Of a stretch of DNA of 64,000 nucleotides, positions 60,301-64,000 are shown piece by piece. A model generated the notes under the pieces. It ran no database searches. It saw only the letters and a program-made list of their open reading frames with translations, and was not told the origin of the DNA. Position 1 is the first letter of the stretch; every line of letters starts with the position of its first letter. The translations under genes were made by a program, and so were the position numbers. The stretch is taken from assembly GCA_016748015.1 (NCBI GenBank), contig JAAOMT010000664.1, positions 811,518 through 875,517 of the forward strand, read 5' to 3'. Source of the stretch: Geosiphon pyriformis uo1. Its lineage: Eukaryota; Fungi; Glomeromycota.

Positions 60301-63300
60301 TAGATTAAATTTACATAATTTACTTTTTGAAAACTTTATGGCCAAGCTACTAATATAAAGTAATTTAAAAAGTGTAAAAAAGACTATTAATTATATTTTT
60401 GTTAATAAAAATCTTCTGTTAATAATTGTTAACTATAGTGTTTTTAATGTTGTTACAGGATGGTTTTCTTGTTATATTTAATTGCTGATATCCCATTTTA
60501 ATTGCAATCAGTCTTTCATGAGTTCTTCAATTCTATTTGTGTGATAATGTCACTGTTATACTGAAGGCTTTCTTTTTACTGTTGCGATGTAAGTTATTCT
60601 TCAATTCTTGATTGTTGTGTATGTTTATGTACTCCTTTTCAGAGGCTGAACTGAAATCTACCCACTGTCTGGAGTTTTCTCTAAGGCTATCCTTGCAATT
60701 GCCTGATGTGTTTCTCTAATCTAGAAACACAGAATGTTAATAGTCTTTAGCGCTTTTCTAATTCTTACAATAAAGCTTTTATCAATTAGTAACAACGTAA
60801 ATAATCTTGATCAAGGATTATTCTTCTAAGAGATTCAGTTAATGAATGATAGTTTCATTCAATAAATAATACAAGTAAGTTTCTTAATACTTTGGGTTTG
60901 TGATAGTTCAGTTTTAAATATTCTTTTTCATTTCTTTTTGATTTTTAAAGGTTTCTTGGAATATTTAATTTGAAAGTATGATTTAAAGTGGAGTTTGTTG
61001 GATAAAATTGGATCTATTGCTTGATAAGTTATGATTTTTTTTTTATTACTTGATTGATTATTTCCCAATATTAAAACTACTGTATATATATATGTTTGTA
61101 GTTCTATGAGAAAACACATTGTAATACTTTCTTTTTGATATTTCAACCTGGTGTTTGCTGCTATCACCAGTTGGTGTTGACTGCTATTGTGAACTGGTGC
61201 TTGCCACTATTGTGAGATGGTGTTTGCTACTATGTTAATCATTACCTTTCTAAGATTATTACTGTGCTATATTATGATTGAATAGTTTGTATTATTTTTA
61301 TGATTCTTTTTGCTAAATTCTTAAACCGTAACAATGTATTTGAATATTTTAATACTAATTACAAAGTTGTGTTAGTTTTTTTTGGTTAAGTAGTCTTTTA
61401 GATGTTTGTTTAAATGCTATGTGCAAACAAACCAATCATAATTATTGAAAGTTTAAAATAAAAAATGCTAATAAGTTAAAGTAAATACAATCCAAAAAAT
61501 GCTTATTGTTAGGTATAAATTTAATTTAATGTGAATTTCAGAATACAAAAAAGCAAAAAGCTTTAAATATAATATAAAAGTGTTTGCAAAAAGTGGTAGT
61601 GAATTTAGCAAATAAAATTTTTTTTAAACATTAATTTAATGAGTTTAATTTTTTAAGAAATAAGGTCTTCAAAGTTTTTCAAACTATAAATTTTGGTCTC
61701 TAAGATTATTAAAGCTTTTGTCTTTAAGAATACTTCTAAATTTGAATATTTAATAAAAGTTTAATTAAAAATTAATAATAATAAGATCTCTAGTATTTGG
61801 TTTTTGGTTAAGCATAAAATAAAATCCAAGAAAATTTTTGGTTATTTATTTAGAGCTAAAAAAGATTATTATATGTCAAAATTTTGTAAATCAGAGACTA
61901 TTAAGAAAACTATTAATAAAAAAATAAAAAACTTTTACATAAATAAGAATTGTATAATAAAAAATGGTTTAAAAAGATTTTTTTATAAGATAGTGCTGAA
62001 TTATTTAGTTATTGGCAATAAGTTGGTTCTAAAACTAAATAAAATAAAAAGTAGAATAGATAATATTATAAAAGAGTAAACAAAAAAATGTTTAGTATCA
62101 AAAATTATGCTTAATTATTGATTTTCTCAATATATACTTTTAAATTATATAAATAATAATGTATTCTCTAATATAATAAAAAAAATTGGTTTGGCAGAGT
62201 TAAAGCATATAATTAACTATTTTTTTAATGGCAAAATTGTTGGTCTTTTTAAAATTTTAAATAAACTATAAAAGCATAATAGTAATACTATTTTAAAATA
62301 TCTTTTGAATTTGTTGAATGATTGCTTAGTTTTAAAATTTGTTTCTGAATCTTAAAAAAAAAATTGGGTTTTTATAATTCTAAAACCACATAATTAAAAA
62401 GAAATGTTAACAAATACTAAATTTATTGCTTTAATAAAAACAACAAGAAAAATTTTATTAAAGATACTATTAAACTGAATTTTTTTTGCTTGTAACAAAT
62501 TTAATGTGCTTTTTAGAAATAATTTTTCTGTGTTTAAGAACACTTTTACTTGAAATTTTATCTTTGCAATAGGCTCTGTTATTAAGAATGCTTTAAAAAA
62601 AGATAGAAAGATGTGATTGATTTTACAGAATATGTGCAAAGCTTATAATTCTGCTGGCTGAATTTATTTGTAACAGAGTCTAAAATAAATAAAAATATAC
62701 AAGAATTTTATCAGATTTTTTGGCAATCTGTATGAAAATAGAATTAATAAAGTGATAACAAATTTTGGACTCTCACATAAATACAAAATACATAATAATT
62801 TAAACCAAAATAAAGTTTTTTTATCATTTTTTTAGAAAATATTTTACAATTTTTTTTTGTATAAGATTAAAAGACAAAAGCATTTGTGTAGATATTATAT
62901 CAATATTAAATTTGTTGCTAATTTAAAAAAAATAGAAGCCAATCTAAAAAAAAATGTTTTTTTTGTAATTAGTGCATTTGTAAATAATACAATTTAAATA
63001 AAAAATAGTCATGTATCTATGCAATATATTTTGGACTTTATTAGTGAATTTTTTTTATCAATAATATTTTAATTAGCAATAAAAAGATAGTAGCTATTTC
63101 TATTAATCAGAAAATTAGAGTTGCTTTTTTGTTTATTAACAAGTTGTTAATTGTAATAGTATATAAGAGTAAACTACACAAATATTTGGAGATTTTTTTG
63201 TTAACTAAGAGTATATTTAAGTTAAGCTTGGCTAAAACATATTTAGATGTTAGATTTTTTTTAATATAATTTTAAGAAAACTTTAATAAATAAGCAATTT

Positions 63301-64000
63301 TTTTACTTGGTGTTGACTATACTACAGCCAATTGTTAGTTATAAAAAACAGTTTAATTTTGTCTTAAAGAGTATGTGTTGTAAGTAAAATATTTTAATAA
63401 GAAAAAACTTAGAACCAAGACTAATTTGCCAAGATTTTTTTAGTAAATTTTTGTATTATTCTTTTTTGTATAAACTAAAAATTTTTAAATAAATATAGGC
63501 AAAAAATAAGACTGTTTTAGTGATTGTTTTTTCTAATGCTATTGGTATTTTTGAATGTTTATTTGATTATTAGTTTTTAAATTTGCAAATTTTAGGATAA
63601 ATACTTTTAGATTTTTTGCAGTTTCTGTAAAGTTAAAAATTAATCTAGTAAACAATTTTTTTACAAGTGTAATAAAATTTTTTTTGGACAATAAGATTTT
63701 TTTAATTAATAATCTGCTTAGTATTTTCTATAACTTTGGCAAGTTTTTAATATTAACAATTTTAGAGATTTTTTGTTATCATAGTGTAGTTACTTTATTA
63801 AAGCACTTTAGTATGGCTTTTGATAATAAGCTTTTAATAATAGGCTTTTGAACAAGCATAAAGCAGTTAGAAATTAGAAAACATTTTGTTATTAGAAAAA
63901 GTTGAATTTAAGAAGTTTAGTGTCTTATTGGTTTGATATTGTTTTTAGATTTATAACTACTTTTTGTTCTGGTTCTTTACAAGTGTTTTTTGTCTTTAAC
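57330..64000 (+). mobile_element. Heavily AT-mutated non-LTR retrotransposon (LINE; ORF1 plus APE-RT ORF2), running off the window; 5' boundary approximate
   Basis: Decayed motifs in the correct order: ILKSNFNKD (GDFN) about 60240, KTINYIFV (IDYIF) about 60385, FNTNYK (TDH) about 61350, LQNMCKAYNSAG (DMxKAYDSV) about 62625, AFVNNT (FVDD) about 62975. Confidence 0.8.
60451..61333 (-). mobile_element. Solo family-C LTR inserted in the LINE endonuclease region, ATGT TSD
   Basis: ATGT at 60447-60450 and 61334-61337. TGTTAC...GTAACA termini. Near-identical to 36923-37788. Confidence 0.95.

Noticed and set aside
58006-62639. Short K/N/I/F-rich ORFs in the right-hand AT-rich region
   Set aside because: Chance ORFs in the eroded LINE or the solo LTR.

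Overview
Eukaryotic (fungal) DNA. The intron-containing genes and the repeat families resemble an arbuscular-mycorrhizal/Glomeromycotina-type genome, which is my inference and not a database result. Positions 1-45870 are one cluster of Ty3/Gypsy-type LTR retrotransposons nested up to five deep. They belong to three LTR families, called A, B and C here. All have TGTTAC...GTAACA termini, 4-bp target-site duplications (TSDs) and the layout Gag(CCHC)-protease-Cys-rich domain-dUTPase-RT-RNase H-integrase, followed by an extra 3' ORF. Old copies are riddled with C>T/G>A changes, while two nested copies are young and CpG-rich. Positions 46000-57100 are a gene island: a tRNA-like fragment, unidentified decayed coding-like sequence, a PX-domain (Ypt35-like) gene and a complete Dicer gene. 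Positions 57300-64000 are an extremely AT-mutated LINE (APE + RT) carrying a solo LTR. Best leads: (1) the env-position ORF3 diverges together with family-specific palindromic repeat arrays in the LTR U3, a candidate element-encoded regulator or anti-silencing pair; (2) every readable target site is centred on CpG or a CpG-decay dinucleotide; (3) a young internally deleted element keeps only gag-PR-Cys-dUTPase.
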